Assembly: GCA_050250895.1 (NCBI GenBank)
Contig: JBFWNU010000001.1
Coordinates: forward strand, 1,640,008 to 1,704,007
Direction: 5' to 3'
Source: Vulcanimicrobiota bacterium
GTDB lineage: Bacteria > Vulcanimicrobiota > Xenobia > Xenobiales > JADMJV01
DNA length: 64,000 bases
Part shown: in pieces, positions 20,805 to 29,824 of the stretch
Layout: each line of letters begins with the position of its first letter
Position numbering within the stretch: the first letter of the stretch is position 1
Notes under the pieces: generated by a model
Told to the model about the DNA's origin: nothing
What the model saw: only the letters and a program-made list of their open reading frames with translations
The model's database searches: none
Position numbers and translations under genes: made by a program

Positions 20805-21401
20805 ATGAAGCTTTATGGCCACCCTCTATCCGGTCACTCTCACCGAGTGGAGTTGTTCCTCAACCTGCTCGGACTCGACTTTGAAAGTGTCACTGTAGAC
20901 TTGCTGAAGGGCGAGCATCGCCAAGACGATTTTTTGCGCCTCAACCCCTTCGGCCAGGTACCGGTGCTCGAGGATGACGGAATCGTGCTGGCCGACTCCA
21001 ACGCGATTCTAGTCTATCTAGCCCAGCGCTATGGTCCCGAGTGGCTTCCGGCCGACCCGGTTGTCCAGGCTCGCATCCAGCGCTGGCTTTCGGTGGCCGC
21101 CGGTGAGCTCGCTTCGGGTCCGGCCGCGGCCCGCCTGGTTACCGTGTTCGGAGCTGGCTATGACCACCTGGCGGTGAAGGAGAAGGCCCACAAGTTACTT
21201 GGTCTGCTCGAGGCTCACCTGGGGCAAGCATCGTGGATGGCGGGCGAGCGACCTACCATCGCCGACATCTCGCTTTATACCTATGTCGCTCACGCCCCCG
21301 AGGGCCAGGTCGCCCTGGATGCTTATCCGAAGGTGCGAGCCTGGCTGGACCGCATCGAACAGCTGCCCAACTTCGTCGGCATGCAGAAGACGAAGGTGTG
21401 A
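20805..21401 (+). CDS. glutathione S-transferase
   Basis: [39 protein letters not shown]; TAAGGAG RBS. Confidence 0.95.
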   Translation: MKLYGHPLSGHSHRVELFLNLLGLDFESVTVDLLKGEHRQDDFLRLNPFGQVPVLEDDGIVLADSNAILVYLAQRYGPEWLPADPVVQARIQRWLSVAAGELASGPAAARLVTVFGAGYDHLAVKEKAHKLLGLLEAHLGQASWMAGERPTIADISLYTYVAHAPEGQVALDAYPKVRAWLDRIEQLPNFVGMQKTKV

Positions 21402-21402
21402 G

Positions 21403-22329
21403 ATGATAGGCCCTTCCCCGTTTCATCCAGGCGAGCAGCTCGTCCAGGAGAGGGCCGGCGTGCGAACCAAAGCCGAGGCTCTTGGGCAACGCATGATCAA
21501 GACCTCTATGCCCGCTCAGCACCAGGAGTTCTACGCCCAGCTCCCACTGCTGTTTTTCGCCACTCTCGACGGTGAAGGGCGGCCGTGGGCCTCGGTGCTC
21601 TCGGGCCAGCCCGGCTTTGCCCAGGCCCCTGGCCCCGACAGGCTGAGGGTCCAGGCGCGGCCCCCCGCTTTCGACCCCGGTCTCTTTCAAGAAGGCGCTC
21701 TGGTGGGCATGCTGGGACTGGAGTTCGAGACCCGCCGGCGCAATCGACTCAACGGCCGCATCAGGTCGGTTCAGGACCAGGGCTTCAGCCTCGAGGTGCA
21801 CCAGGCGTTCGGAAATTGCCCCAAGTATATTCAGACCCGCAGCCGACGACCACATCGCCTCCGCCCCCGATTGTTGGCTCAAAGCTCGCGTTTCGAGCCG
21901 TCGATGGCCTCTCTCATCGAGCATTCGGACACGTTCATGGTTGCCTCGGTCAACCCCGGCGAGGGTCTGGACCTTTCCCACCGAGGGGGACGGCCCGGGT
22001 TTGTGAAAGTGGTCGACGAGCGCACGCTCTGGTGGCCCGATTTCGTAGGCAACAACCAGTTCAATACGCTGGGCAACCTCGCTGTCGACGGCCGCAGCGG
22101 GTATCTTTTCTTCGATCTCGCCAGGGGAATGTTGCTTTATCTAACGGGCCATACTTCGATTCACTGGGAGCATCCCGAGCTGCAGGCAGTGGAAGGGGCA
22201 AAGCGCATGCTGAGCTTTCGCCTGGAGGAGGCGCGGATGGTGGCCGATAGCTTGCCGTTTCGCTGGCAACTCGAGCAGTCTTCGCCGGGGTTGGTTGGCA
22301 CCGGGACCTTTACTCAGGGCAACCCCTGA
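21403..22329 (+). CDS. pyridoxamine 5'-phosphate oxidase-family FMN-binding protein
   Basis: SPFHPGE, RRRNRLNG, GNCPKYIQ, SHRGGRPGFV, PDFVGN. Confidence 0.88.
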   Translation: MIGPSPFHPGEQLVQERAGVRTKAEALGQRMIKTSMPAQHQEFYAQLPLLFFATLDGEGRPWASVLSGQPGFAQAPGPDRLRVQARPPAFDPGLFQEGALVGMLGLEFETRRRNRLNGRIRSVQDQGFSLEVHQAFGNCPKYIQTRSRRPHRLRPRLLAQSSRFEPSMASLIEHSDTFMVASVNPGEGLDLSHRGGRPGFVKVVDERTLWWPDFVGNNQFNTLGNLAVDGRSGYLFFDLARGMLLYLTGHTSIHWEHPELQAVEGAKRMLSFRLEEARMVADSLPFRWQLEQSSPGLVGTGTFTQGNP

Positions 22330-22375
22330 CAGGCCAGCCATCGTGGGGCGCGAACACCAGGTGAGGAGAACGATC

Positions 22376-22933
22376 GTGCCAGCCCCCATCGTATCGAAAG
22401 AAGAAGTGTTGCAGCGCCTCACCGAGGCCTTTCGCCGGGTGGGCTACGAGGGGGCGTCCATGGCCTTTCTGGCCGAGCAGACCGGGCTCAAGAAGGCCAG
22501 CCTCTACCACTACTTTCCGGGCGGCAAGAAGGAGATGGGTGAGGCTGCCCTGGCTCAGGTCGGCTTGTGGTTACAGGACGAGATCCTGGCCACTCTGCTC
22601 CAAGACAAGCCTCCCCGGGAACGGTTGCAAGCCATGAGCGTCAGGCTCGACGAGTTCTATCAGTCGGGCCAGAAGTGGTGCCTGGTCGACCTCTTCTCGG
22701 TGGGCGAGGCGGGTCAGCACTTTCAGAGCATTCTTAAAGAGGCTCTAACCACCTGGATGAAAGAGTTGGCCCGAGTGGCCGAGCAGGCGGGAGTGGAGAA
22801 GAAGCTGGCTCGCCACCGGGCCGAAGAGGTCTTGATCGCCCTGCAAGGCTCCCTGGTCATGGCTCGCGCTCTGGGCGAACCCGGGCTTTTCTTGCGCACC
22901 CTTCGCGAGCTACCGGCTCGGATGCTCGATTAA
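22376..22933 (+). CDS. TetR/AcrR family regulator (LmrA/YxaF-like)
   Basis: GYEGASMAFLAEQTGLKKASLYHYFPGGKKEM HTH; GAGGAG RBS before GTG 22376. Confidence 0.92.
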   Translation: MPAPIVSKEEVLQRLTEAFRRVGYEGASMAFLAEQTGLKKASLYHYFPGGKKEMGEAALAQVGLWLQDEILATLLQDKPPRERLQAMSVRLDEFYQSGQKWCLVDLFSVGEAGQHFQSILKEALTTWMKELARVAEQAGVEKKLARHRAEEVLIALQGSLVMARALGEPGLFLRTLRELPARMLD

Positions 22934-24276
22934 TCGGGAAATTTCCAGCCGGCCAGGAATTGGCGGCCCAGGCGCTTGCCCACATCTCGCAGTAGCGGAG
23001 CCAATTGGCGATAGGCCGAGAGCACCTCGACCACCTCATCGACCAGCCGCTCGACCTCCTCTGCGCGGATGGTCAGGGGCGGCTCGAGCTTGAGCACGTC
23101 CCAGCGCAGGGCGGCCGGTTGGCAGATGATGCCGCGCTCGAGCAGACGCACGGCCAGCCATTGGCCGAAGACGTTGCGCGAGACGGCTCCCACCACCGAG
23201 CCTTTCAAGCCCCCGGGCTCGACGCCCAGTTCCACGCCGACCAGCAAGCCGCGCCCACGCACTTCGCGGACCAGGGGGTGCCCGTCGAGGGCCGTGCGCA
23301 AGCCCTCGAGCAGTTGCTCGCCTCGTAGGCGCGCGTTTTCGACCAGGCTTTCCTCGCCGAGAATGCGCAAGCTGGCTCTGGCGGCGGCACAGCCGAGAGC
23401 GTAGCCCGAGAAGGTCGAGCCATGCAGGTCGAAGCGCTCCATCGTGCCATAGGCTCGCTGGTGCAAGTCTCGGCTGGTGAGACAGGCCGAGACCGGCAGG
23501 ATGCCGCCTCCCAGTGCCTTACCCAGAATCACCACATCGGGTTCGAGCTGGCCCTGAAAAGCAAACAGTTGCCCGCTGCGTCCCAGGCCGGTCTGGACCT
23601 CGTCGAGCAAGAGCAGCGAGCCGTTGGCCCGACACAAGCGCTGGGCCTGGCTCAGATAATCTGGCCCGGGCAGGCGGACCCCGCCCTCGCCCTGGATGGG
23701 CTCGACCAGAAAGGCGGCCACGCCGGGATGCAGGGCCTTCTCGAGGGCGGCCAGATCACCGAAGGGGACCCGCAGGCAGTCCGTCAGAAGCGGCTCGAAG
23801 GGGGCCCGCATGCGCTCGGCGCCCATCACCGAAAGCGCCCCGAAGCCGGTGCCGTGAAAGCCGTCTTCGCAGTAGACGAAGCCGGCCCGTCCGGTGGCCG
23901 CCCGGGCCAGCTTGAGGGCCGATTCGACCGCCTCGCCACCCGAGGTCGAAAACATGGCCACCTCGAGGGGTGGGCCGGCCAGGGCCGTCAGCTCTTGAGC
24001 CAGTTCGGCCACGGCTGGCGAGGGCCCGATGTGGAGCAGGTCGGGGTGGGGCTTGGCCAGCTCGTCAGACAGCGCCTTGCGTAGGGCCGGGTGGCGATGG
24101 CCGAGGTTGGTGGCTCCGAACCCGGCCAGGGCATCGAGATATTCGCGACCCTCGCTATCCCACAGTCGGGTGCCCTCGGCTCGCACAAAGACCCGGCCAT
24201 AGCCGAGAACGCCCAGCAGTTTGACGAAGGCCGGGTTGACGTGGCGGGCATAGGTCTCGACGATGGGGTGGCTCAG
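22930..24276 (-). CDS. class III PLP aminotransferase (ArgD/PatA-like)
   Basis: GGEAVESALK, FHG, EPIQGEGG, DEVQTGLGRSG, LGKALGGG, HGSTF. The frame extends upstream through YARHVNPAF to CTG 24276. Confidence 0.9.
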   Translation of the reverse strand: MSHPIVETYARHVNPAFVKLLGVLGYGRVFVRAEGTRLWDSEGREYLDALAGFGATNLGHRHPALRKALSDELAKPHPDLLHIGPSPAVAELAQELTALAGPPLEVAMFSTSGGEAVESALKLARAATGRAGFVYCEDGFHGTGFGALSVMGAERMRAPFEPLLTDCLRVPFGDLAALEKALHPGVAAFLVEPIQGEGGVRLPGPDYLSQAQRLCRANGSLLLLDEVQTGLGRSGQLFAFQGQLEPDVVILGKALGGGILPVSACLTSRDLHQRAYGTMERFDLHGSTFSGYALGCAAARASLRILGEESLVENARLRGEQLLEGLRTALDGHPLVREVRGRGLLVGVELGVEPGGLKGSVVGAVSRNVFGQWLAVRLLERGIICQPAALRWDVLKLEPPLTIRAEEVERLVDEVVEVLSAYRQLAPLLRDVGKRLGRQFLAGWKFPD

Positions 24277-25304
24277 GGGGCCTCCAGGCGGTCGCGCAAA
24301 GTGGCCGCAAGGGCCGGGGCGTCTTGAGCCATGCCGCGCAGGAACTGGCTGCTCACGCCGCGGGCGCAGTGGACTCCCATCAGGAACAGGCCAGGCGTAT
24401 TGACGCTCTCGCCCTGGTTGCCCAAGGGGTGGCCGTCGGCCGGCGAGCGAGCCACGCTCTCGGGCAGATAGGCCATGGCGTAGCGGTAGCCGGTGGCGCA
24501 GACCACCAGGTCGAACTCGGCCTGGCTGCCGTCGCTAAAGGTGGCCGTCTTGCCCTCGAAGGTCTTCACCGGGGGGCGCACCTGCAGCCGGCCCTCTTGC
24601 TGAAAACGGCGAAAGTCCTGGTCATAGCCGGTGAAGGTGGGTGACTTGCGGCAATAGCCCCAGGCCAGCCAGCGGGGCAGCCAGGACAGCCGAAAGGCAT
24701 AGTCATGAACATCGCGCCCCAGCAGGCGCTGAGGGCTGAACTTGACCTGGCCGCGGCAGCTGACCGTGGGCTTGAGGCCGGCTCGGCAGCTTTCTTCGGC
24801 GATCTCGACGGCGCTCACTCCACGACCGATGATGAGCAGACGCCGAGCGGCCAGCTGGTCGGGCCCTCGCCACTGGCTCGAGTGCATCCAGTTGGGTCCG
24901 AGGGGAAGGTCGGGCCAGTTCAACCCGTCCATGCCAGTGGCCGTGACCACGGCTTGAAAGTGCTGGCGGTGGTCGCCAAAATCGACCTCGAAACCGCCCT
25001 CGACCACCGTCAGGCTGGTCACTTCGGCCGGCTCGGGCTCGAGTTCGAAATGGCGCGCGTAGTGGTGCAGATAGTCGCGATAGCCGGCCACGGTGACGTA
25101 TTCTCCCGGTGTCTCGATGGCCAGACCCGGCAAGCTGGTCCAGCGGGCTGGCGACGAGAGCGTGATGCGTTCGTGTAGCCAGTTGTAGGCTCCACCCGGG
25201 CGGCCCTGGCGGTCGACGAAGCGGGCCTGGATACCCTGCTGAGCCAGGCTGGCCATGGTGGCAAGCCCCGCCGGTCCTGCTCCGATCACCAGCACCTGAC
25301 TCAT
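24273..25304 (-). CDS. flavin-containing monooxygenase-like NAD(P)/FAD oxidoreductase
   Basis: VIGAGPAG, ATG, MHSSQW, IIGRGVSAVE, CATGY motifs. Confidence 0.88.
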   Translation of the reverse strand: MSQVLVIGAGPAGLATMASLAQQGIQARFVDRQGRPGGAYNWLHERITLSSPARWTSLPGLAIETPGEYVTVAGYRDYLHHYARHFELEPEPAEVTSLTVVEGGFEVDFGDHRQHFQAVVTATGMDGLNWPDLPLGPNWMHSSQWRGPDQLAARRLLIIGRGVSAVEIAEESCRAGLKPTVSCRGQVKFSPQRLLGRDVHDYAFRLSWLPRWLAWGYCRKSPTFTGYDQDFRRFQQEGRLQVRPPVKTFEGKTATFSDGSQAEFDLVVCATGYRYAMAYLPESVARSPADGHPLGNQGESVNTPGLFLMGVHCARGVSSQFLRGMAQDAPALAATLRDRLEAP

Positions 25305-25380
25305 TCCCAGGCTTTCGCGAGGTCGACCGACCATCCCGCCGGGGAAAGAAAAGATGCCGGGGGGGCGAACTCTAGACTCC

Positions 25381-26130
25381 ATGGGACTTCTCTCGCGCGA
25401 TACCTCGCCCGAAGCTGAAAAAGTTCAGTTTGACATCCTCCGACGCCGCGGCATGCAGGGGCGGCTGGTCCTGCTAGAAGAGGCGATGCTGACCGGCTGG
25501 GCTCTGGCTCGCATGGGGGTGGCCCAGCGGCACGGTGAAGGCGTGCCAGATGCCGACCAGGAGAAAGACGCGATGAAGCCACTGGAAACCCCGCTTGAGG
25601 TGACGCGGGTGCTCGACGCTTTGGCTATTCCCTATGTGGTCGGCGGTTCCTACGCCAGCAGCCTCCACGGGGAACCGCGCTCTACTCGCGATTGTGATCT
25701 GGTGGTGGAATTGGTCAAAGGGCATCTCGGTCGCTTTTGCCAGGCCCTCGAGGACAAATTCTACTTGAGTCGAGCAGCCATCGAAGAGGCCTTGGCTCGC
25801 AAGAGCACGTTCAATCTCATTCACTTTCAAACAGGTTTCAAGATCGACATCTTCGTCTCGGCTGGGCGCCCGTTCGACCGAGAGCGCATGGCCCGAGCCC
25901 TGGTTCTCGAGGTTGCCGGCCAACCGGTCAGATTCTCGACGGCCGAGGACACGATCCTGGCCAAATTGGAGTGGCAGGCTCTGTCGAACAGCGAACAGCA
26001 GTGGCGCGATATTCTCGGTATCGTCCTGCTAGCGGAAGACGGCTTGGACCGGGGCTATCTGCGCCATTGGGCAACCGAACTCGGTGTGCTTGAGCAACTC
26101 GAGCAAGCCTTCGCGGCGGTTAGCGAATAA
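25381..26130 (+). CDS. fused antitoxin-like + nucleotidyltransferase (MenAT2/DUF6036-like) protein
   Basis: N-terminal DTSPEAEKVQFDILRR module; GGSYASSLHGEPRSTRDCDLVV NTase motif; EDTILAKLEW, QWRDILG. Confidence 0.75.
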   Translation: MGLLSRDTSPEAEKVQFDILRRRGMQGRLVLLEEAMLTGWALARMGVAQRHGEGVPDADQEKDAMKPLETPLEVTRVLDALAIPYVVGGSYASSLHGEPRSTRDCDLVVELVKGHLGRFCQALEDKFYLSRAAIEEALARKSTFNLIHFQTGFKIDIFVSAGRPFDRERMARALVLEVAGQPVRFSTAEDTILAKLEWQALSNSEQQWRDILGIVLLAEDGLDRGYLRHWATELGVLEQLEQAFAAVSE

Positions 26131-27592
26131 ACGGGCCTTTGCCGAAAGGAGCGCCGCCCGTGCCGGGCCCCTTGGCGGCCCCGCGGTGGAACAGGTTGAA
26201 ACCGCAGGCCGGCATGATGCGGCCGTCGATCTGCGGGTAGTGATGACAGCACTTCATCAGCCGTTCGACATCGAAGTCGTGGCGGTCCATGTAATGGTGG
26301 ATGAAAATGGTCTTGACCTGGCGCTCGGCGATGCGGATCAGTTCCTGGCGGGGTAGATTCTGGTTGGGAAACATCTCGAGCAGGGCCCGGCGCATGGCCT
26401 TGATGATCTTCTGGCTGTCGGGCACTTCTCCCGCGGCGCTCCACAGGTCATCGATGACCTGGCGAATGGAGTCCTCAGTCTGGGCGTTGGGCTCGATGGT
26501 GGCCGTCTGGGCGAATAGATCGAGATGCTTGCGCATGTCGACAAAGCGAGGAAACGGCAAGAAGGTGCCGTCGCCCATATTGAGCAGGTAGGTCAGCGAC
26601 ACGCACAGCGGGTGCGAGCATGGCAGCGGGATGAAGTCTTCGCGGGCCACCGCTCCGTCGGTTTGCTCGTCGATGGCCCGGATGACTCCGGGAATGGTCA
26701 GCCGGTCCATCGGATCGTGCGGAAAGACGCCGCCCCCGTGGCCGGTGGCCGAGAAAGGCTGGATCAAGAGCGAGAGCACATGGTCGCGCTCCATTAGCAG
26801 GCGCACCGCGTCGCCCAGCTGGTGCTCGTTGACCCCCCGGGCCGGCACATAAGCGATCTGGGTCGAGATGCCCAGCTCGGCTAGATTTTCGAGGGCTTTC
26901 CACTTGGTCTCCATCAGCGGCACCCCGCGGATGGTCGTTTGGATCTCGTCGGTAAAGCCGTCGAGCTGCAAGATGACATAGACGTTGCGAGCCTTGAGTT
27001 GCTCGCAAAACTCGCGCGAGTTGGCGATGCGAATGCCGTTGGTCACCACCGACACGCGGCCGATTTCGGGCCGGGTGGCCATGTCCACCAGCTCGAGAAA
27101 ACGGGGATGGGAGGTGGGTTCGCCTCCGCTCAGGGTGATGGTCTCGAGACTGCCCTCGGCTTTGAGCAGCAGGTCGATGATGCCCTGGAAGTCGTCGTTG
27201 GTCATGTGGTTGGAATACTGGTTATTCACGATGCACACCGGGCATTCGAGGTTGCAGTGATCGGTGATCTCGACGATGGGCAGACAGGTGTGCTGCTGGT
27301 GGGCCGGGCACAGACCGCAGTCGGTGGGGCAGCCGGCCTTGACGGCGGTAGAGAAGTGCAAAGGGGTGCTGCCCGGCTTGATGTAGGAAAAGGCCTTCTG
27401 GTAATACTCGGCGTCTTCGCTGACCAGGGCTTCGCTATGGCCATGGTCGGGGCAGAACTTGAGAAAATAGACCTTGCCTTCGCGAAAGACCACCTGCGCC
27501 TGAATGATCTTGAGACACTCGGGGCAGCAGCTCATGGTCATCTTGAAGAAGGTGTAAGGGCGGTCGCCTCGGCAACAGGATGGACTGGTCAT
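26120..27592 (-). CDS. radical SAM protein, tetraether synthase (Tes/GDGT-MAS, MJ0619)-like, copy 1
   Basis: N-terminal CPEC...CPDH, CPTDCGLC auxiliary motif, CNLECPVC, GGEPT, PCSHPLC, C-terminal MDRHDFDVERLMKCCHH...DGRIMPACGFN. Confidence 0.85.
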   Translation of the reverse strand: MTSPSCCRGDRPYTFFKMTMSCCPECLKIIQAQVVFREGKVYFLKFCPDHGHSEALVSEDAEYYQKAFSYIKPGSTPLHFSTAVKAGCPTDCGLCPAHQQHTCLPIVEITDHCNLECPVCIVNNQYSNHMTNDDFQGIIDLLLKAEGSLETITLSGGEPTSHPRFLELVDMATRPEIGRVSVVTNGIRIANSREFCEQLKARNVYVILQLDGFTDEIQTTIRGVPLMETKWKALENLAELGISTQIAYVPARGVNEHQLGDAVRLLMERDHVLSLLIQPFSATGHGGGVFPHDPMDRLTIPGVIRAIDEQTDGAVAREDFIPLPCSHPLCVSLTYLLNMGDGTFLPFPRFVDMRKHLDLFAQTATIEPNAQTEDSIRQVIDDLWSAAGEVPDSQKIIKAMRRALLEMFPNQNLPRQELIRIAERQVKTIFIHHYMDRHDFDVERLMKCCHHYPQIDGRIMPACGFNLFHRGAAKGPGTGGAPFGKGPFIR

Positions 27593-27966
27593 GGGGTTTG
27601 CACTTCCTTCTGTTTCAGCTCGACCACCCGGGCCAGGCTGGCCACCGTGATGTGCGAGAAAAGATCGGCTGGATAGAGCGGTCGGGGAGCCTGACGCAGG
27701 CTGGGCAGCCATTCATACAGGCGCTCGAGGTCGGGTTCGCTCAGGGGACCCTGTTCTTGCTCGCTCAACTCGCCCCGCAATAGCCGGTCGAGCTCAGAGT
27801 TGCGCAACTTGACGCGAAAGCGTTTTTCCAGCGTAAAGAGCAGGTCGAGCAGGTCCAACGAGTCGGCGCCCAGGTCATCGAACAGGCGCGATTCGGACTG
27901 AACGTCGTCGGGGTCGAGGGCGAGCCGCTCGCACAGAACCGTTTGAACCGTTGCCACGACGCTCAC
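27589..27966 (-). CDS. acyl carrier protein with internal insertion
   Basis: DLGADSLD phosphopantetheine site; C-terminal ITVASL; 125 aa; its stop overlaps the radical SAM start (ATGA). Confidence 0.9.
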   Translation of the reverse strand: MSVVATVQTVLCERLALDPDDVQSESRLFDDLGADSLDLLDLLFTLEKRFRVKLRNSELDRLLRGELSEQEQGPLSEPDLERLYEWLPSLRQAPRPLYPADLFSHITVASLARVVELKQKEVQTP

Positions 27967-28255
27967 CCGGGCCTCACCTCGTCGCCATGGGTTGTTGAAA
28001 ACCGCCGAGACGCGGAGACGCTGAGGTTTTGACTCATCGTACGATGATGCGGAGCGGTGCGAGACCTGAGGTGGGCGGCAATGAATTGGTAGACATCCAC
28101 AGTGCCTGACGCTTCGCGGTGGGCTACTTCTTTACCCCCGCGGCCACTCCAGCCGGGAGGGTTGTTCGAGTCCCGGTTGGTTAATCAACCGGTCGAGCCG
28201 ACCCGCCCCGCTGGCACCGCCCCCTCGGCGCCAAGAGCTTGCGTAATGGCTGGGG

Positions 28256-28462
28256 CTAGCCGAAGACCGAGGCCCACTCGAGCCAATCGTCGCCGGTGGC
28301 TTCCCGGGCTGGACCGCGTGGGTCTTCCTTCTTGGGCTGGTCGGGGGTTTGGCTCATGGTCCCGATCAACGAGTAGCCTACGCCCAGCGAGAGGCAACTG
28401 TTGAAGTTTCCATCCAGGTTTGGCGTGGCGCCGTCAAAGTCGGCGTTTCCGGAGTTTGGCAT
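28256..28462 (-). CDS. small hypothetical protein (68 aa)
   Basis: GAGGA RBS 5 nt before ATG 28462; ends DDWLEWASVFG. No recognisable family. Confidence 0.35.
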   Translation of the reverse strand: MPNSGNADFDGATPNLDGNFNSCLSLGVGYSLIGTMSQTPDQPKKEDPRGPAREATGDDWLEWASVFG

Positions 28463-28642
28463 GGTTGTCCTCACTTCGCGCCGAGATCTGCTTCGAGCCC
28501 ACCGAGTAACGGTGCTCTTTTAAGCTACCGTCAGGATGACCATCGGACCACATCCAGCGGAGCTCGGAGTGTCAAGTGCGCTACTTCGATTGTCACGCAA
28601 CTGGTCGCGGATGTCTAGTTTCTTGGAACTGGCGCCGCAGAT

Positions 28643-28677
28643 TTAACCCTTTGGTCACAACTTGTTCACAAGGTTAA
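28643..28677. promoter_or_regulatory. candidate regulator binding site upstream of the ubiquitin-like operon
   Basis: TTGGTCACAA-C-TTGTTCACAA direct repeat (11-bp period) flanked by TTAACC...GGTTAA, in an AT-rich intergenic region. Confidence 0.4.
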
Positions 28678-28796
28678 CTTCGCATTCAATGGCCAGAGGT
28701 TCTCTTTGGGCTGGTTTTCCAGGAACTCGTCTTGCGTATAGGGAATTGGTCGGCTATACTTGAATTCCATGTCGGTAGGGGTGAGGGTGAAGTTTC

Positions 28797-29192
28797 TTGC
28801 AGTGTAGTTCCCATCCAGAAGTCGAGGCCACTACGCGTTGCGAAGGATGTGGCGAGCTGTTTTGCCACCAGTGCACCACCGAGGTGCGAGGCGAGAAATA
28901 CTGCCGGGCCTGCAAGCACATCCCCATCCTGGGCAATCCTATCGGCGCTCTCTCTGACCAGAGCCCTGGCGAAACCTGTCAACCGGCGGCCGAGGCCCTC
29001 AAGTTCGCCGTCATCGGAATGCTCTGCTGCGGAGCGATCATGGGCCCGCTGGCCGTCATCAAGGCGCTCGAAGCCAAGAAGCTCATCGAGAACGAGCCTC
29101 ACTATACCGGGGTCGGAATGGCCAATGCCGCGCTTTTGGTGGGCGGCATGGAGACTTTGATCTGGCTGGTTGGCCTGTTGGGGAACGGCTGA
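28797..29192 (+). CDS. B-box zinc finger + DUF4190-like membrane protein
   Basis: CSSHPEVEATTRCEGCGELFCHQC...YCRAC; two TM with GPLAVIKALEA...GVGMANAALLVG. Confidence 0.8.
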   Translation: MQCSSHPEVEATTRCEGCGELFCHQCTTEVRGEKYCRACKHIPILGNPIGALSDQSPGETCQPAAEALKFAVIGMLCCGAIMGPLAVIKALEAKKLIENEPHYTGVGMANAALLVGGMETLIWLVGLLGNG

Positions 29193-29824
29193 TGAGAGAG
29201 TTGATCTGCCCCGAGTGCCAGGCCGAGATCGTGGTGCTCGATGACAAGACCGCCTATTGCCCGCGCCACGGTGGCAAGTTCAAACTGTTGCATCTGGCTC
29301 CGGCCTCTCGGGTCGAACTGGCCCGTGAACTCGAGACGACGACGCCGGGGCCGGGAGTGGGCAACCAGAAGTGCCACTATCATCAGGAGGTCGACGCCAG
29401 GTTCTTGTGTCGTGGCTGCGGCAAGCCGTGTTGCCGACTGTGCACGTTTGCCATTGGAATGATGAAGCTGTGCGCCGATTGTGCCACCACCGGGCCCGAG
29501 CCGCTCATTCCCAAGCGTAAGAAACTCGTGGATAACGCCCTGCGGCTGGCCGGATTGGCCACCTTCTTCTTCGTGGGCATCATCGTCTTGTTGGTTTCGG
29601 GTAGCGATCTCTTAGCGATTCTGGGAGTGCTGGGGATCTTCTTGATTCCGTTCTTCGTCATGATCCCGTCGACGGTGGGCTTTTTCATGGCGCTAGAGGC
29701 GGTCGACCGACATCTCGAGAATCCTGTGGTGTTATGGGGGGCTCTCATCTGGAATGGTCTCATCTTTAGCATCTTTGCCTATCTGGGGCTGCGTTTCCTG
29801 GTGGCCCTGTTCCTGGGGGTATGA
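29192..29824 (+). CDS. zinc ribbon + B-box zinc finger membrane protein
   Basis: CPEC...CPRH; CHYHQEVDARFLCRGCGKPCCRLC...LCADC; three C-terminal TM helices. Confidence 0.8.
   Translation: MRELICPECQAEIVVLDDKTAYCPRHGGKFKLLHLAPASRVELARELETTTPGPGVGNQKCHYHQEVDARFLCRGCGKPCCRLCTFAIGMMKLCADCATTGPEPLIPKRKKLVDNALRLAGLATFFFVGIIVLLVSGSDLLAILGVLGIFLIPFFVMIPSTVGFFMALEAVDRHLENPVVLWGALIWNGLIFSIFAYLGLRFLVALFLGV

Noticed and set aside
26120-27592. MoaA or methanopterin methyltransferase annotation
   Set aside because: The extra N- and C-terminal Cys motifs fit the Tes/MJ0619 family, whose older methyltransferase label was superseded; the context is ACP/FAS.
27998-28030. AAAACC...GAGACGC GGAGACGC...GGTTTT REP-like element
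   Set aside because: Single copy in the window and short; cannot be supported as a repeat family or ncRNA.
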